From contig JBOHRL010000079.1 of the NCBI GenBank assembly GCA_050732695.1, forward strand, positions 1 through 61,590: a DNA stretch of 61,590 bases. Direction: 5' to 3'. Every line of letters starts with the position of its first letter. Position 1 is the first letter of the stretch. The DNA is from Longimicrobiales bacterium. GTDB taxonomy: Bacteria; Gemmatimonadota; Gemmatimonadetes; Longimicrobiales; RSA9. Below the pieces are notes generated by a model. The model was given only the letters and a program-made list of their open reading frames with translations. It had not been told where the DNA came from and did no database searches. Below are positions 10,009-19,449 of the stretch, in pieces. A program made the position numbers and the translations under genes.

Positions 10009-10100
10009 GGACGACGTTGATGTGGCTGGTCCACGGACACCGTGCGGTCCGTCCGTGTTTCCGCCAGATTCCGCGTCCTGAACTCGAAGGAGGCGAGCGC

Positions 10101-10940
10101 ATGCGATGGCAGAAAGGGCGACGGAGCACGAACGTCGAGGATCGGCGCGGGATGGGGGGAGCGGGGCTGAAGCTGGGAGGAGGTGCGTTGCTGGTTGCGG
10201 TGGTGGTGATGTTGCTGGGCGGCGATCCGCGAGCGGTACTGGAGATGATAGGCGGAACGGGCGGCGGTACGGCCGGGCCGGCTGCGCCGTTGACTCCGGC
10301 GGAGGAGGAGATGGGTGAGCAGGTGCGACACATTCTCGGTACGACGGAGGATGTGTGGGGGCAGCTCTTCGCGGCGCGAGGCGATTCGTACGCAGCGCCG
10401 ACGCTGGTGCTGTTTTCGGGTGCGGTACAATCGGCATGCGGGACGGCGTCAGCGGCGGCGGGCCCGTTCTACTGTCCGCTGGACCAGCAGGTGTACATCG
10501 ATCTTTCGTTCTACGATGAGTTGCGCAGCCGGTTCGGTGCGCCGGGCGATTTCGCGCAGGCGTACGTCATTGCGCACGAGGTAGGTCATCACGTTCAGAA
10601 TCTGCTGGGCATTGCGGATCAGGTTCAGGTAGCGAGGCAACAATCGGGTCAGGCAGAATCGAACGCGTTGTCCGTGCGCGTGGAGTTACAGGCGGACTGT
10701 CTGGCGGGCGTGTGGGCGAACCACTCGCAGGCGGAGCTATCGTGGCTGGAGACAGGTGATGTGGAGGAGGGCTTGAACGCGGCGGCCGCGATTGGCGATG
10801 ATCGATTACAGCGGCAGATGGGCGGTGCAGTGAATCCGGAGTCGTGGACGCACGGCTCGTCCGAGCAGCGTGTGGAATGGTTCCGTCGCGGAATGACAGC
10901 GGGTGACATGTCGGCGTGCGACACGTTCGGGGCCGGTTGA
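10101..10940 (+). CDS. YpfJ-family neutral zinc metallopeptidase (membrane-anchored)
   Basis: HEVGHH zinc-binding motif in YVIAHEVGHHVQNLLG; YpfJ-like blocks (PFYCPLDQQVYIDLSFY, LQADCLAGVWA). N-terminal TM segment; RBS GGAGG 8 nt upstream of the ATG at 10101. Confidence 0.8.
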   Translation: MRWQKGRRSTNVEDRRGMGGAGLKLGGGALLVAVVVMLLGGDPRAVLEMIGGTGGGTAGPAAPLTPAEEEMGEQVRHILGTTEDVWGQLFAARGDSYAAPTLVLFSGAVQSACGTASAAAGPFYCPLDQQVYIDLSFYDELRSRFGAPGDFAQAYVIAHEVGHHVQNLLGIADQVQVARQQSGQAESNALSVRVELQADCLAGVWANHSQAELSWLETGDVEEGLNAAAAIGDDRLQRQMGGAVNPESWTHGSSEQRVEWFRRGMTAGDMSACDTFGAG

Positions 10941-11030
10941 TGGCCCATCGCGATTCGACGCGAGGTTGATGGCCCATCGCGATTCGCTGCGAGGTTGATG
11001 GCACGTCGCGATTCGGCGCGCGTCCGAAGG
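10938..11030. repeat. Three tandem copies of a ~30-bp unit in a convergent intergenic region
   Basis: GGTTGATGGCCCATCGCGATTCGACGCGA / GGTTGATGGCCCATCGCGATTCGCTGCGA / GGTTGATGGCACGTCGCGATTCGGCGCGC, head to tail. It lies between the ypfJ-like stop and the cyclase stop. Confidence 0.6.
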
Positions 11031-11093
11031 CGCGACCGAGGCCGGGCGCGCTCGTGTGAGAACTCGGGAACGGACCGGGCGGTATCTCCCGAG

Positions 11094-14063
11094 TCAGAAT
11101 GCCCACCACCACTGAACTGCGAACAGATTGTCGCGCGGGTCTGCGTCCGCGGTCCTGTTCACGACGTATTCGGCGAGGATTCCGGTATTGCGGAGGATGC
11201 GATAGCCGGCGCCGACCTGGAGTCTCTTCACGTTGCGATCCCATGGCTGAGTGCCTGTGGCGGTGTCGAGATCGTTGAAGCGCAACTCGTTCCACCGGGC
11301 GGCAAGGGAAAGGCCGGCCGTTGCCTTGTACTGAGTCTCGACGTACCAGGAGAAGTCGCGCGGATCCGTGGAGAGGTTGGGAACCTGCCAGCGATCGAAG
11401 AAGATCTCGCCGCGTACGGTGGTCCTGCCGCGGGCGAAGACGGCTTCGGCGTTCCAGATCTCCTGGTCGAAGTCGTGAGGCTCGGCGCGGTCAGGAAGCG
11501 GACCTTCGTCGACGCGATCGATATAAGGGCCGCGATTGTATGCGAGTCCGAGGCGAAGTTCGGGCACGATCTGCATGGCTGCACCGACGACCACCGAAGG
11601 GTGGCGCAAGCGATCGGAATCGAGGTCCCAGTCATCGGGCCCGCTCGAGGGTGATGCCGTCAATGCCGCAGCGCGCACGACGAGATCACCGAATGCGGTG
11701 GAGAGCATCGCACCCCATGGATAGGGCACGTTCCAGACCTGGGGCGCGCCACGGGGGCGGCGGTCCGGCTGATTCTTCCAGTCGAGGAAACCGGCCGTTG
11801 CGGCGGGCACGACGGTAGCGGAAACGAGCGTCCTGTAGTCGTAGGCGAGCGGCGGGCGGATAAGCGGATCGTCCACGGTGTGGTGACGTTCTGCGTAACC
11901 GCCGAACGGCGTCGCAAACTTTCCAGCCTGGATGGCCAGTCTTGCGCGTGCGAACGGAACCACGCGCAGGAAGACCTGTTCGATTCGCGCTTCGACACCG
12001 GCATCAGCGGGAGCTTCACCGCGGTCTGCGCGCAGCTCGAGCATCGCATAGACGTGGTCACCCGCAAACACGTCCGTGAGGAGCCGAAGTCGTCCTGCGA
12101 CGAAAGGATCGACGGACGGGATCAGCCAGGGTGGCGAATCCTGCGGGACATAGCCCTCGAGATCGAGCCGGCCGCTGAAATCGATCTGGAAGGCGCCGGA
12201 CGTCGAGATGTAGCTGAGGCCGAGACCGGCGAGCGTCGGCAGACCGGGCCCGCGATCCTGTGCACTGACGGGAGCTGCCACGCTGGCGAGTGCGAGCGCG
12301 ATCGCGCCAGCGATGCGACGCGGAGCGGACGCGTTGCCGGTGCCGCTCGCGACCGCAAAGATGGGTGTTGGCTGCGAGAACCCCTTGAGCCGGCGCCGGC
12401 CACGGGTCGCGACCGGGATGCGGTCCTCCACGGCGAGCATGGTCGATTCCGAAATCAGGATCTCGCCCGGAGCGGCGGCATCACACAATCGCGCGGCAAG
12501 GTTCACGGTCTCGCCGATCACTGTGTAGTTGAGGCGGTCGGGCGAACCGACATTCCCGGCGAGGACCGGGCCGGTGCTCGCGCCGATTGCAATGTTCACA
12601 GCGGGGTCGCCGCGTGCCTCGCGTTCGAGGTTGATGCGCCGAGTCGCTTCCTGCATGCGCAATGCGGCGCGCACGGCGCGGAGCGCATCATCGTCATGAA
12701 CGATGGGTGCGCCGAAGATGGCCATGATGCCGTCCCCGGTGTACTTGTCGACGACACCGCCCTCTTCCTCGATGGTCTGGCTCCACGCCGTCATGCATTC
12801 GTTGAGTGTGGCAATGACGGCACCGGGCCGCGCGCCCTCGGCCAGTGCCGTGAAGCCGACGATATCGGCGAACACGACAGAAACGGTCCGCATCTCGCCG
12901 CCGAGGTGCAGCGGCCCGGCCATGAGATCGTTGGCGATTTCACGGGATACGACCTTTTGCAGCACATCGCGGTAGCGCTCCTTGAGTGCGAGTCCTTCGA
13001 CCATCAGGTTGAAGGAGCGCGCGAGGGTAGCCAGCTCATCGCGGCCGTGCACCGGCACGCGCGTCTCGAGATCGCCACGCGCGATGCGATCCGTAGCATG
13101 CACCAGCGCGCGCACGGGCCGCGTCAGGCGTTGCGAGAGCAGAGCGCCGATCGTGAGAGCGACGAGGAGAGCGACGAGGCCGGTCCACACCAGTACGGTG
13201 CGAATGCGCTCGAACGGGGCAATCGCTTCATCGATCGGTACAGCGATGACACGGCGCACGGCCGGCTCGACCCCTGCCGGTGTCACGCTCTCGGCAGCGA
13301 GCATCCAACGGCGTGCATCGGTCATTACGACGTGGTCGTTGCCGTTCTCCGTTGCCGCCATCTGCGCGCGAAGTGACCTGCCGGGGCCGGTTCCGGCAAT
13401 GCACTGGCGCTTGGCGGCGAAGCAGACCTCGACACCTGCAGCCTGACCGAGGCGAGCGGCGTCCTCCGCATCGATCGGTACACCGAACACGACAGTGCCG
13501 ATCGCCCGGCCGGCCAGTGCGACGGGTTCGGCCGTCAACGCGAAGAGCCGGCTGTCGATCAGGCGGTACGTCGTCTCGCCGATCGAATCGCGCTCGGCGG
13601 CCGTTCGCGCGAGAGTTGTCGCGCCCGCCGGATCGCCCGGGACCGCCTTGCCGTCGAGCAGAGTGGCGACGATTTCTCCGCGCGCATCGGTGAACGCCGC
13701 CACGCCGGAAGTGAGGCGGGCGAGGTCCAGTTCATAGCGGGCCGTCTCGAGGAGCCAGTCGGGTTCGCCGGATTCGAGGGAGGCCTCGAGCGCGGCGAGT
13801 GTGCGTCGTGAATCGGTGAACGCGCGGGCGAGGCGTGCGAGCTGGGCGCGATGCAACTGTTCGACTTCAGCGAACGCCCTGCGCGAGATTCCGGCGGCAC
13901 GCAACGTCACGTGACGGACCTGGCTCGCCGTTTGCCTCTCCACGAGTACGAGCATGGTCCCGGCGACGAGCAGCACGAGGCCCAGCAGCGAAAGCATCAG
14001 TCGCGCGGCGAAACTGGTGCGCAAGCGCTCGGTGATATGCGCCTCCCGCACGCGCGTACTCAC
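11094..14063 (-). CDS. Membrane sensor adenylate/guanylate cyclase (TM-periplasmic domain-TM-HAMP-class III cyclase) continuous with a C-terminal signal-peptide-like segment and OMP-like beta-barrel domain
   Basis: 989-aa ORF. TM1 LMLSLLGLVLLVAGTMLVLV, a ~250-aa extracytoplasmic domain, TM2, HAMP, then a class III cyclase (VSVVFADIVGFTALAE, KYTGDGIMAIFGAP, ..LKGFSQPTPIFAV). With no stop it continues into RRIAGAIALALASVAAPVSAQD plus ~385 aa with amphipathic beta-strand periodicity ending FAVQWWWAF. Confidence 0.85.
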   Translation of the reverse strand: MSTRVREAHITERLRTSFAARLMLSLLGLVLLVAGTMLVLVERQTASQVRHVTLRAAGISRRAFAEVEQLHRAQLARLARAFTDSRRTLAALEASLESGEPDWLLETARYELDLARLTSGVAAFTDARGEIVATLLDGKAVPGDPAGATTLARTAAERDSIGETTYRLIDSRLFALTAEPVALAGRAIGTVVFGVPIDAEDAARLGQAAGVEVCFAAKRQCIAGTGPGRSLRAQMAATENGNDHVVMTDARRWMLAAESVTPAGVEPAVRRVIAVPIDEAIAPFERIRTVLVWTGLVALLVALTIGALLSQRLTRPVRALVHATDRIARGDLETRVPVHGRDELATLARSFNLMVEGLALKERYRDVLQKVVSREIANDLMAGPLHLGGEMRTVSVVFADIVGFTALAEGARPGAVIATLNECMTAWSQTIEEEGGVVDKYTGDGIMAIFGAPIVHDDDALRAVRAALRMQEATRRINLEREARGDPAVNIAIGASTGPVLAGNVGSPDRLNYTVIGETVNLAARLCDAAAPGEILISESTMLAVEDRIPVATRGRRRLKGFSQPTPIFAVASGTGNASAPRRIAGAIALALASVAAPVSAQDRGPGLPTLAGLGLSYISTSGAFQIDFSGRLDLEGYVPQDSPPWLIPSVDPFVAGRLRLLTDVFAGDHVYAMLELRADRGEAPADAGVEARIEQVFLRVVPFARARLAIQAGKFATPFGGYAERHHTVDDPLIRPPLAYDYRTLVSATVVPAATAGFLDWKNQPDRRPRGAPQVWNVPYPWGAMLSTAFGDLVVRAAALTASPSSGPDDWDLDSDRLRHPSVVVGAAMQIVPELRLGLAYNRGPYIDRVDEGPLPDRAEPHDFDQEIWNAEAVFARGRTTVRGEIFFDRWQVPNLSTDPRDFSWYVETQYKATAGLSLAARWNELRFNDLDTATGTQPWDRNVKRLQVGAGYRILRNTGILAEYVVNRTADADPRDNLFAVQWWWAF

Positions 14064-14779
14064 GACAGTGGAATCGTGAGACTGGTCGTACGCCCCGACT
14101 CGACGGTAATCGTCGTGACGCGGCCATCCACATCGGGATGCCAGGCCTCGAGTTCCCAGCGGCCCGCCGGGACATCATGGATCACGAACGTGCCCCGGTC
14201 GTCGACCATCGCGTGAAACGGATTCTGAACTACGATCACAGCGCTGCGCATCGTCTCGTGCACTTCACAGTAGATCCGAACGATGCCCGGCTCATCGAAA
14301 CGCACGGACTTGGACTCACCCTGCGGATACCGGCCCAGATCGAAGCGTTGGGCCGGAGAATACGAGAACACGTTGTGAAAGAACGGGTCCCCGTTCGGGA
14401 ACTCGACGGTACCGCCCACGCGAACGAATACGACTGCGGGCGCGAATGTCGTGTCGTGCTGCTCGAGCCGGACTCGCCCGGCGGTCGGAGAAACAGCGGG
14501 AAACGGCCCGCGCAGAAAGACGACGGCAGGGATCGATTGCACCGTGTGCGGCGCCTCGACGGCGCCACCGAGGTAGCGCTTCGCTCGGCGCCTTGCGGCG
14601 GCGGGTCTGACTTCGAGGCGGCCCTCGATCGTGCCGAGGCGAATGGGATGGCCAGTCTCGAGCCGACCCTCGATCGCGCCGATGCGCATGCCACCCGCGA
14701 CCGGGCCCAGCGGGTGAGCCGGCATCGACTGGCCGCTTACCATGAGAGCGGCAAGCATGACGAGAAGGAGAACACGCAT
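14060..14779 (-). CDS. Secreted cupredoxin (type-1 blue copper, amicyanin/pseudoazurin-like) protein
   Basis: Signal peptide MRVLLLVMLAALMVSGQS. Copper ligand set His (FFHNVFS) plus Cys-x2-His-x2-Met (RIYCEVHETM). Internal tandem 15-aa repeat IGAIEGRLE / LGTIEGRLE. Its stop overlaps the cyclase GTG start (GTGA). Confidence 0.7.
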   Translation of the reverse strand: MRVLLLVMLAALMVSGQSMPAHPLGPVAGGMRIGAIEGRLETGHPIRLGTIEGRLEVRPAAARRRAKRYLGGAVEAPHTVQSIPAVVFLRGPFPAVSPTAGRVRLEQHDTTFAPAVVFVRVGGTVEFPNGDPFFHNVFSYSPAQRFDLGRYPQGESKSVRFDEPGIVRIYCEVHETMRSAVIVVQNPFHAMVDDRGTFVIHDVPAGRWELEAWHPDVDGRVTTITVESGRTTSLTIPLS

Positions 14780-15058
14780 CGAGACACCCAGGATGCGGCT
14801 GGCCGGGACTGCCGGTCAAGGCGCGAAAAGTGGGTTGGTCGATCTATCCGTTGGCAACGTCGGACGGGCCTTTGGTGGCGAACCCGCACACGTCCTTGGT
14901 CACATGTTTTTCGCGCTCACAGGCTTTTCCGCGAGCCGGCCCTCGCGTAGAACCATCGCGATGACGGGCGGGACAGATCAGCCAACGATGCGCTGCCCCG
15001 GAGCGTCCATCTTACTCACCCCGAGCGTGGACCTTCCAACCAATCAGCAGGAGATCCC

Positions 15059-16015
15059 ATGGTCACACGACGCGAATGGCTCGGCATCACTGCCGGCGCG
15101 GGCGCCGCGCTGGCACTGGATCCCCGCTTGCTGCGGGCGCTCCGAACGCAGCAGCTCATCACCCGTGCCATCCCATCGAGCGGCGAGCAGCTGCCCGTCG
15201 TGGGACTGGGCAGTTCGGCAACATTCTCACGGGTCGCACGAAGCGAGGACGTATCCGCGCTGCGTGATGTATTTCATGCGATGGTCGAAGGCGGGGCGAG
15301 TGTCTTCGACACAGCGCCCGGCTATGGCGCGTCGGAGGAGGTCGCCGGCCGGATCGCAAGCGAGCTGGGCGTCACGGACCGGATCTTCTGGGCGACGAAG
15401 GTGAACGTCGCACGCCAGGGCCCGGCGGATCCGGCGGCGGCGAGGGAGCAGATCGACCGATCGTTCGAACGGATCGGCAAGGACAGGATCGACCTGATTC
15501 AGGTCCACAACCTTGGCGATGTCCCGACTCAGCTCGGCATCCTGAAGGACATCAAGGCACAGGGGCGCGTGCGCTACATCGGCGTTACGACGACGAGCGA
15601 AGAACAATACGAGGAGCTTGCCGGGATCATGCGCAGCGAGCCGATCGACTTCATCGGCATCGACTACGCCATCGATAATCGCCAGGTCGAAACGACGATT
15701 CTGCCACTCGCGCTCGAACGGAAGATCGGCGTGCTGGTCTACGCACCGTTCGGCCGTACGCGCCTCTTTACCCGTGCCGGAGATCGTTCTTTGCCGGAAT
15801 GGGCGAGCGAGTTCGACGCGAATTCATGGGCGCAGTTCTTCCTCAAGTTCATTGCGGCACACCCGGCGGTGACGGCGATCACGCCTGCGACAAGCCAGGC
15901 GCGCAACATGATCGACAACATCGGCGGGGCAACGGGTCGGCTGCCGGACGAGGCCACACGGCAGCGCATGATCGAACTCGTCGATGCCCTGCCGCCGGCG
16001 CCTCCGCGCCGGTAG
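15059..16015 (+). CDS. Aldo/keto reductase with Tat-type signal peptide
   Basis: TRREWLGITAGAGAALAL Tat-like N-terminus. AKR blocks VFDTAPGYG, IDLIQVHN, RYIGVT. Confidence 0.9.
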   Translation: MVTRREWLGITAGAGAALALDPRLLRALRTQQLITRAIPSSGEQLPVVGLGSSATFSRVARSEDVSALRDVFHAMVEGGASVFDTAPGYGASEEVAGRIASELGVTDRIFWATKVNVARQGPADPAAAREQIDRSFERIGKDRIDLIQVHNLGDVPTQLGILKDIKAQGRVRYIGVTTTSEEQYEELAGIMRSEPIDFIGIDYAIDNRQVETTILPLALERKIGVLVYAPFGRTRLFTRAGDRSLPEWASEFDANSWAQFFLKFIAAHPAVTAITPATSQARNMIDNIGGATGRLPDEATRQRMIELVDALPPAPPRR

Positions 16016-16090
16016 GCAGCGGGCGCGAGCGACTGCGTCCGTGACCGTCTCCAAGCTCCCTCGCCTGAACCCTCGCAGGCGGGGTGGCTG

Positions 16091-16123
16091 GATCCGTCCG
16101 GTCGGCTGACGGCCGGACGGATC
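16091..16123. terminator. GC-rich hairpin between convergent genes (candidate bidirectional terminator)
   Basis: GATCCGTCCGGTCGG-ctga-CGGCCGGACGGATC, a ~14-bp stem with one mismatch. It overlaps the stop of the 16122-18716 gene. Confidence 0.5.
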
Positions 16124-18716
16124 ACATACTCAGCCAGTACGCGACCTTGATGAGAAACGTGTTCTCGGGGTGCAACTGGAAGAGATCGCCGTACTCGCCT
16201 TTCCACGAGCGAGGTGTCACCCGATCATCGGACGCCTGCCGGCCGTGCGCCCACACGAGGAAGAGGGTCGATCCGGGCAGATACTCCCAGCGCGCGACGG
16301 CGTTCGTCCGCAGTTGATGGAACTTGAACGCCGTCGCGGCGGAAACCGGCGGCACGAACGGGGCAAAGCGCGCGTCGTACTCGTCCGCACCAGGGGTCGC
16401 GCTCAGTTCGCGGAACCCGGAGTACGTGCCCTTGCTGACGAACGGTTCGGCATACAGCTCGAACGTGAGATCCGGGCCGGCTGTGTAGTTCACGCGCAGA
16501 TTCATGGACAGCGTGCGTTGCTCGAGGTGCGCGAAGGCATGGTGCGTCAGCATGCCGTCCGTGAAGTTGCCGAACCACTGCGAGTGATTCGTATTGCGGG
16601 AGATGTTGGTGCCGATGCTCGTCTGGAGGCGCTCCGAGAAACGGATCTGGAGGTTGGGACTCAGGTTCACGGACCGGGTCTGGCCCTCGTCACCGAAGCT
16701 GAGATTGACCCAGAGGTTTGGAACGAGCGTGCGGCGGCTGTCCCCGTTGATGCCGAACCACGGGTAGATGCCGCGCGATTCTCGCAGCGCGGGCCCGCCA
16801 CGCGTGCAGCGATCGCAGTAGGACTCGCCGAACCCGTCGAACGTGATGCCCGCGTGCAGGTTCCAGTTGTTATGGAGGCCCATGTGGGCGTTGCCGTTGA
16901 CCGCGAACTGAAGGCGCCTGCCGGATGTGTTCCAGGTCTGCCAATGGTTGCCGTTGATGCGCAACCAGCGATATGGGCCGCGCGGCGTGAGGAAGTTGAG
17001 TGCGGCCCACGTGCTCCAGTCCTGGAGGTCCGCACGGCGCAGATAACCGAGATCGTTCACATCGAACCCTGCGGACTGCCGGACGAAACTGGTTTCGAAG
17101 CGCGTGATGCCGCCGCCGTACTTTCCGAACTTGATCTGTTGCGCATGGCCTGACAACGATGTGCGTGCCGCGTCCAATCGTGCGTTATCATCCGGCTGCT
17201 GAAAGTAGTGAACGGCGTTGCGCTGCGTGCGGTCAACGGCTTCGCTGGTGCCAGCGACTCGCGAGGCAGCGAACGAGCCGGCCAGCTCATACTGCCCGCC
17301 GAACATGCGGTTGCGGGCGCTCACGCCGGCGACATAGGCGCTGCTGTGCACGAACGGCGCCGTCCACTCGTCGAGTGAACGGTTGACCGCTGTGCCGATC
17401 AAGCGGATGCCGGCCTCGCCGCCGCGCAGATCCTGCTCGACACTGATGACGGCGAAGTTCGAGCGCGGTTCAACGGTCGTGCCGTTTGCACCATCGACGT
17501 GCTGCGTGACGGCATCGAGGATGCCGAAGGAAAGGCCGTTGCGGGTCCGCCCCGTCAGCTTGGCAGCGGCGGCAATGGGCGTGGCCGTTGGTGTCGATGC
17601 ATCGCCGTAGTCATTGCGGAGGATTGGTGAACGGCCGATACGACGCGAGTGGAAAAGGCCTTCGTTGGTGCTGCAATCCACGACGATGTAGCAGTTCAGG
17701 GCGAAGCGGTAGAGTCCAGTACCCTCGACGAAGAACGGCCGCCGCTCACTGAGGAACGTCTCGAATGCGCTCAGATTGAGGACAGCAGGATCGGCTTCGA
17801 CCTGGCCGAAGTCGGGGTTCACGGTCGCGTCCAGCGTAGCGTTCGGCGTCACGCGCAGTTTCAGATCGGCGCCGGCCGAGACGTGCTGCGCACGCTCGAA
17901 ACCGCCAGTGGCTCTTCCCCGTGTTTCGTTCCTGGCCAGGGTGTAAGGCGTTACTTCGAGAGAACGCGCACTGCTGATGCCGGCGATTCCTTCGAGGTTC
18001 CCGAGTTGCGACACGAGCCCGTTCCGCGTTTTGCGGAAGAGCGGCCAACTCACCCGCTCGCGATAGCGCTCGATATCACGGAACACACCGAACCCGAACG
18101 TGTGGCGCGGTGCATCGGCGTAACGAAGCTGCGACAACGGGATCCGGTACTCGGCCGTCCAGCCGAGCGAATCGACCACGGTCGCGACATCCCATACGCC
18201 GTTCCACGAGCCATCTTCGTTGCCGTCATTGTACACTGCATAATCTCGTTTTACGCCGACCGGATTCACGGCGAACTCGAAACCGGTCCGGTTGTCATTG
18301 TAGGAGTCGATGAAAACCACGATCTGGTCCGACGGGCCGCGCACGTCACGGCGAGTCAGCGCGCGCATGATGCTGTCCGGATGGGGGTCCCAGGCGCGCA
18401 CGAAAACGAAGAAATCGCGGTCGTCGTACGCGACCTGGACCTCCGTCCGGAACGACGGGTCCGCATCCTCGAGGGGCTCGAACTGGCGGAAATCCGCAAC
18501 GCGCACGGCAACGCGCCAGACGTCATCATCGGCGAGACCATCGATCGAAGGGGGCCGGGCCGCCCGGTGGGCGACCACCGTCGCACGGGCCTCTGACTCG
18601 GGTGTCGACTGGGGCGGCATCGCGCCAGGTAGCGGAACGGCAAGCGTCACAGCGGTTACGGCCGCAAGCAAAGGCATCCGCGACATCCTGTTGAGGGGCT
18701 CCGCACGATGTGACAT
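16122..18716 (-). CDS. CBM9-like/DOMON-like plus DUF5916 beta-barrel family protein, secreted
   Basis: 864 aa with signal peptide. N-terminal block PSIDGLADDDVWRVAVRVADFRQFEPLEDADPSFRTEVQVAYDDRDFFVFVRAW matches the CBM family 9-like domain that precedes DUF5916 in Bacteroidota and Gemmatimonadota proteins. Confidence 0.75.
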   Translation of the reverse strand: MSHRAEPLNRMSRMPLLAAVTAVTLAVPLPGAMPPQSTPESEARATVVAHRAARPPSIDGLADDDVWRVAVRVADFRQFEPLEDADPSFRTEVQVAYDDRDFFVFVRAWDPHPDSIMRALTRRDVRGPSDQIVVFIDSYNDNRTGFEFAVNPVGVKRDYAVYNDGNEDGSWNGVWDVATVVDSLGWTAEYRIPLSQLRYADAPRHTFGFGVFRDIERYRERVSWPLFRKTRNGLVSQLGNLEGIAGISSARSLEVTPYTLARNETRGRATGGFERAQHVSAGADLKLRVTPNATLDATVNPDFGQVEADPAVLNLSAFETFLSERRPFFVEGTGLYRFALNCYIVVDCSTNEGLFHSRRIGRSPILRNDYGDASTPTATPIAAAAKLTGRTRNGLSFGILDAVTQHVDGANGTTVEPRSNFAVISVEQDLRGGEAGIRLIGTAVNRSLDEWTAPFVHSSAYVAGVSARNRMFGGQYELAGSFAASRVAGTSEAVDRTQRNAVHYFQQPDDNARLDAARTSLSGHAQQIKFGKYGGGITRFETSFVRQSAGFDVNDLGYLRRADLQDWSTWAALNFLTPRGPYRWLRINGNHWQTWNTSGRRLQFAVNGNAHMGLHNNWNLHAGITFDGFGESYCDRCTRGGPALRESRGIYPWFGINGDSRRTLVPNLWVNLSFGDEGQTRSVNLSPNLQIRFSERLQTSIGTNISRNTNHSQWFGNFTDGMLTHHAFAHLEQRTLSMNLRVNYTAGPDLTFELYAEPFVSKGTYSGFRELSATPGADEYDARFAPFVPPVSAATAFKFHQLRTNAVARWEYLPGSTLFLVWAHGRQASDDRVTPRSWKGEYGDLFQLHPENTFLIKVAYWLSM

Positions 18717-18951
18717 CCAACACGGCAGAAAGGTTGGATTCCGTCAACGGATCGGCCGTTCGGGCCGGCGGACCCGTCGATACACGCGCCTCGCGCGAGG
18801 CGGAAGGGCGCGTGCTGCTCGAGTCGTTCGACCGACCGTCTTGCCGTGCTGTAGGGCATGGCGTATCAGTTCCGTTGCCGGACGTCGCACGCGACGAGTG
18901 TCCGTGGAACGGTCCGGCTTCACTCAGCGGAACCCTTTACAAGGAGGGGCC

Positions 18952-19338
18952 ATGTCCGTGAAGGATGTTGCAGACGGCCTGGTCGAGCGGTGCAGGCAGG
19001 GGGACTTCCTCGGCGCTGTCGATCGCTTCTATGGCGACGACATCGTCAGCATCGAGCCGGTCGGATCTGCCGAGGTGCCGGCGGAGCTACGCGGCAAGAC
19101 GGCGGTGCGAGGCAAGAACGAGTGGTGGGATGAGAACCACCAGGTCCACAGTGTCGACGTGCGCGGCCCGTTCATCGGCGACAACGAGTTCGCCGTTCAG
19201 TACAACATGGACGTGACCAACAAGACGAACGGGCAGCGCATGCAGATGAAGGAAGTCGCGCTCTACGAAGTCAAGGGCGACAGGATCGTCCGCGAACAGT
19301 TCTTCTACAATCCGGGAGCCAGCACTACTACCGAGTAA
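18952..19338 (+). CDS. SnoaL-like / NTF2-fold small protein
   Basis: 128 aa; ATG at 18952 preceded by RBS AAGGAGG. FYGDDIVSIEP...NEFAVQYNMDVTNKTNGQRMQMKEVALYEVKGDRIVREQFFY follows the NTF2-like pattern. Confidence 0.7.
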   Translation: MSVKDVADGLVERCRQGDFLGAVDRFYGDDIVSIEPVGSAEVPAELRGKTAVRGKNEWWDENHQVHSVDVRGPFIGDNEFAVQYNMDVTNKTNGQRMQMKEVALYEVKGDRIVREQFFYNPGASTTTE

Positions 19339-19362
19339 TCGATCCGCCCCTGAAATGCCGTT

Positions 19363-19386
19363 GCCGCATCCGATGACGGATGCGGC
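19363..19386. terminator. Perfect 10-bp stem hairpin between convergent genes
   Basis: GCCGCATCCG-atga-CGGATGCGGC. Confidence 0.5.
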
Positions 19387-19449
19387 GCAGGGACCTGCGC
19401 GGGGGCATGCGTGGCGAGAACGCTGCCTGTACACTTTCACCGTTGCCCC

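Noticed and set aside
11880-13376. 498-aa plus-strand ORF antisense to the adenylate cyclase gene
   Set aside because: It lies entirely within and opposite a gene with clear domain content. The composition is Arg/Asp/Gly-rich with no recognisable motif.
16170-17153. 327-aa plus-strand ORF and other antisense ORFs inside the CBM9/DUF5916 gene (including 17649-18596)
   Set aside because: It lies antisense to a coding region with strong family signatures and has no motifs; it is a high-GC artefact.
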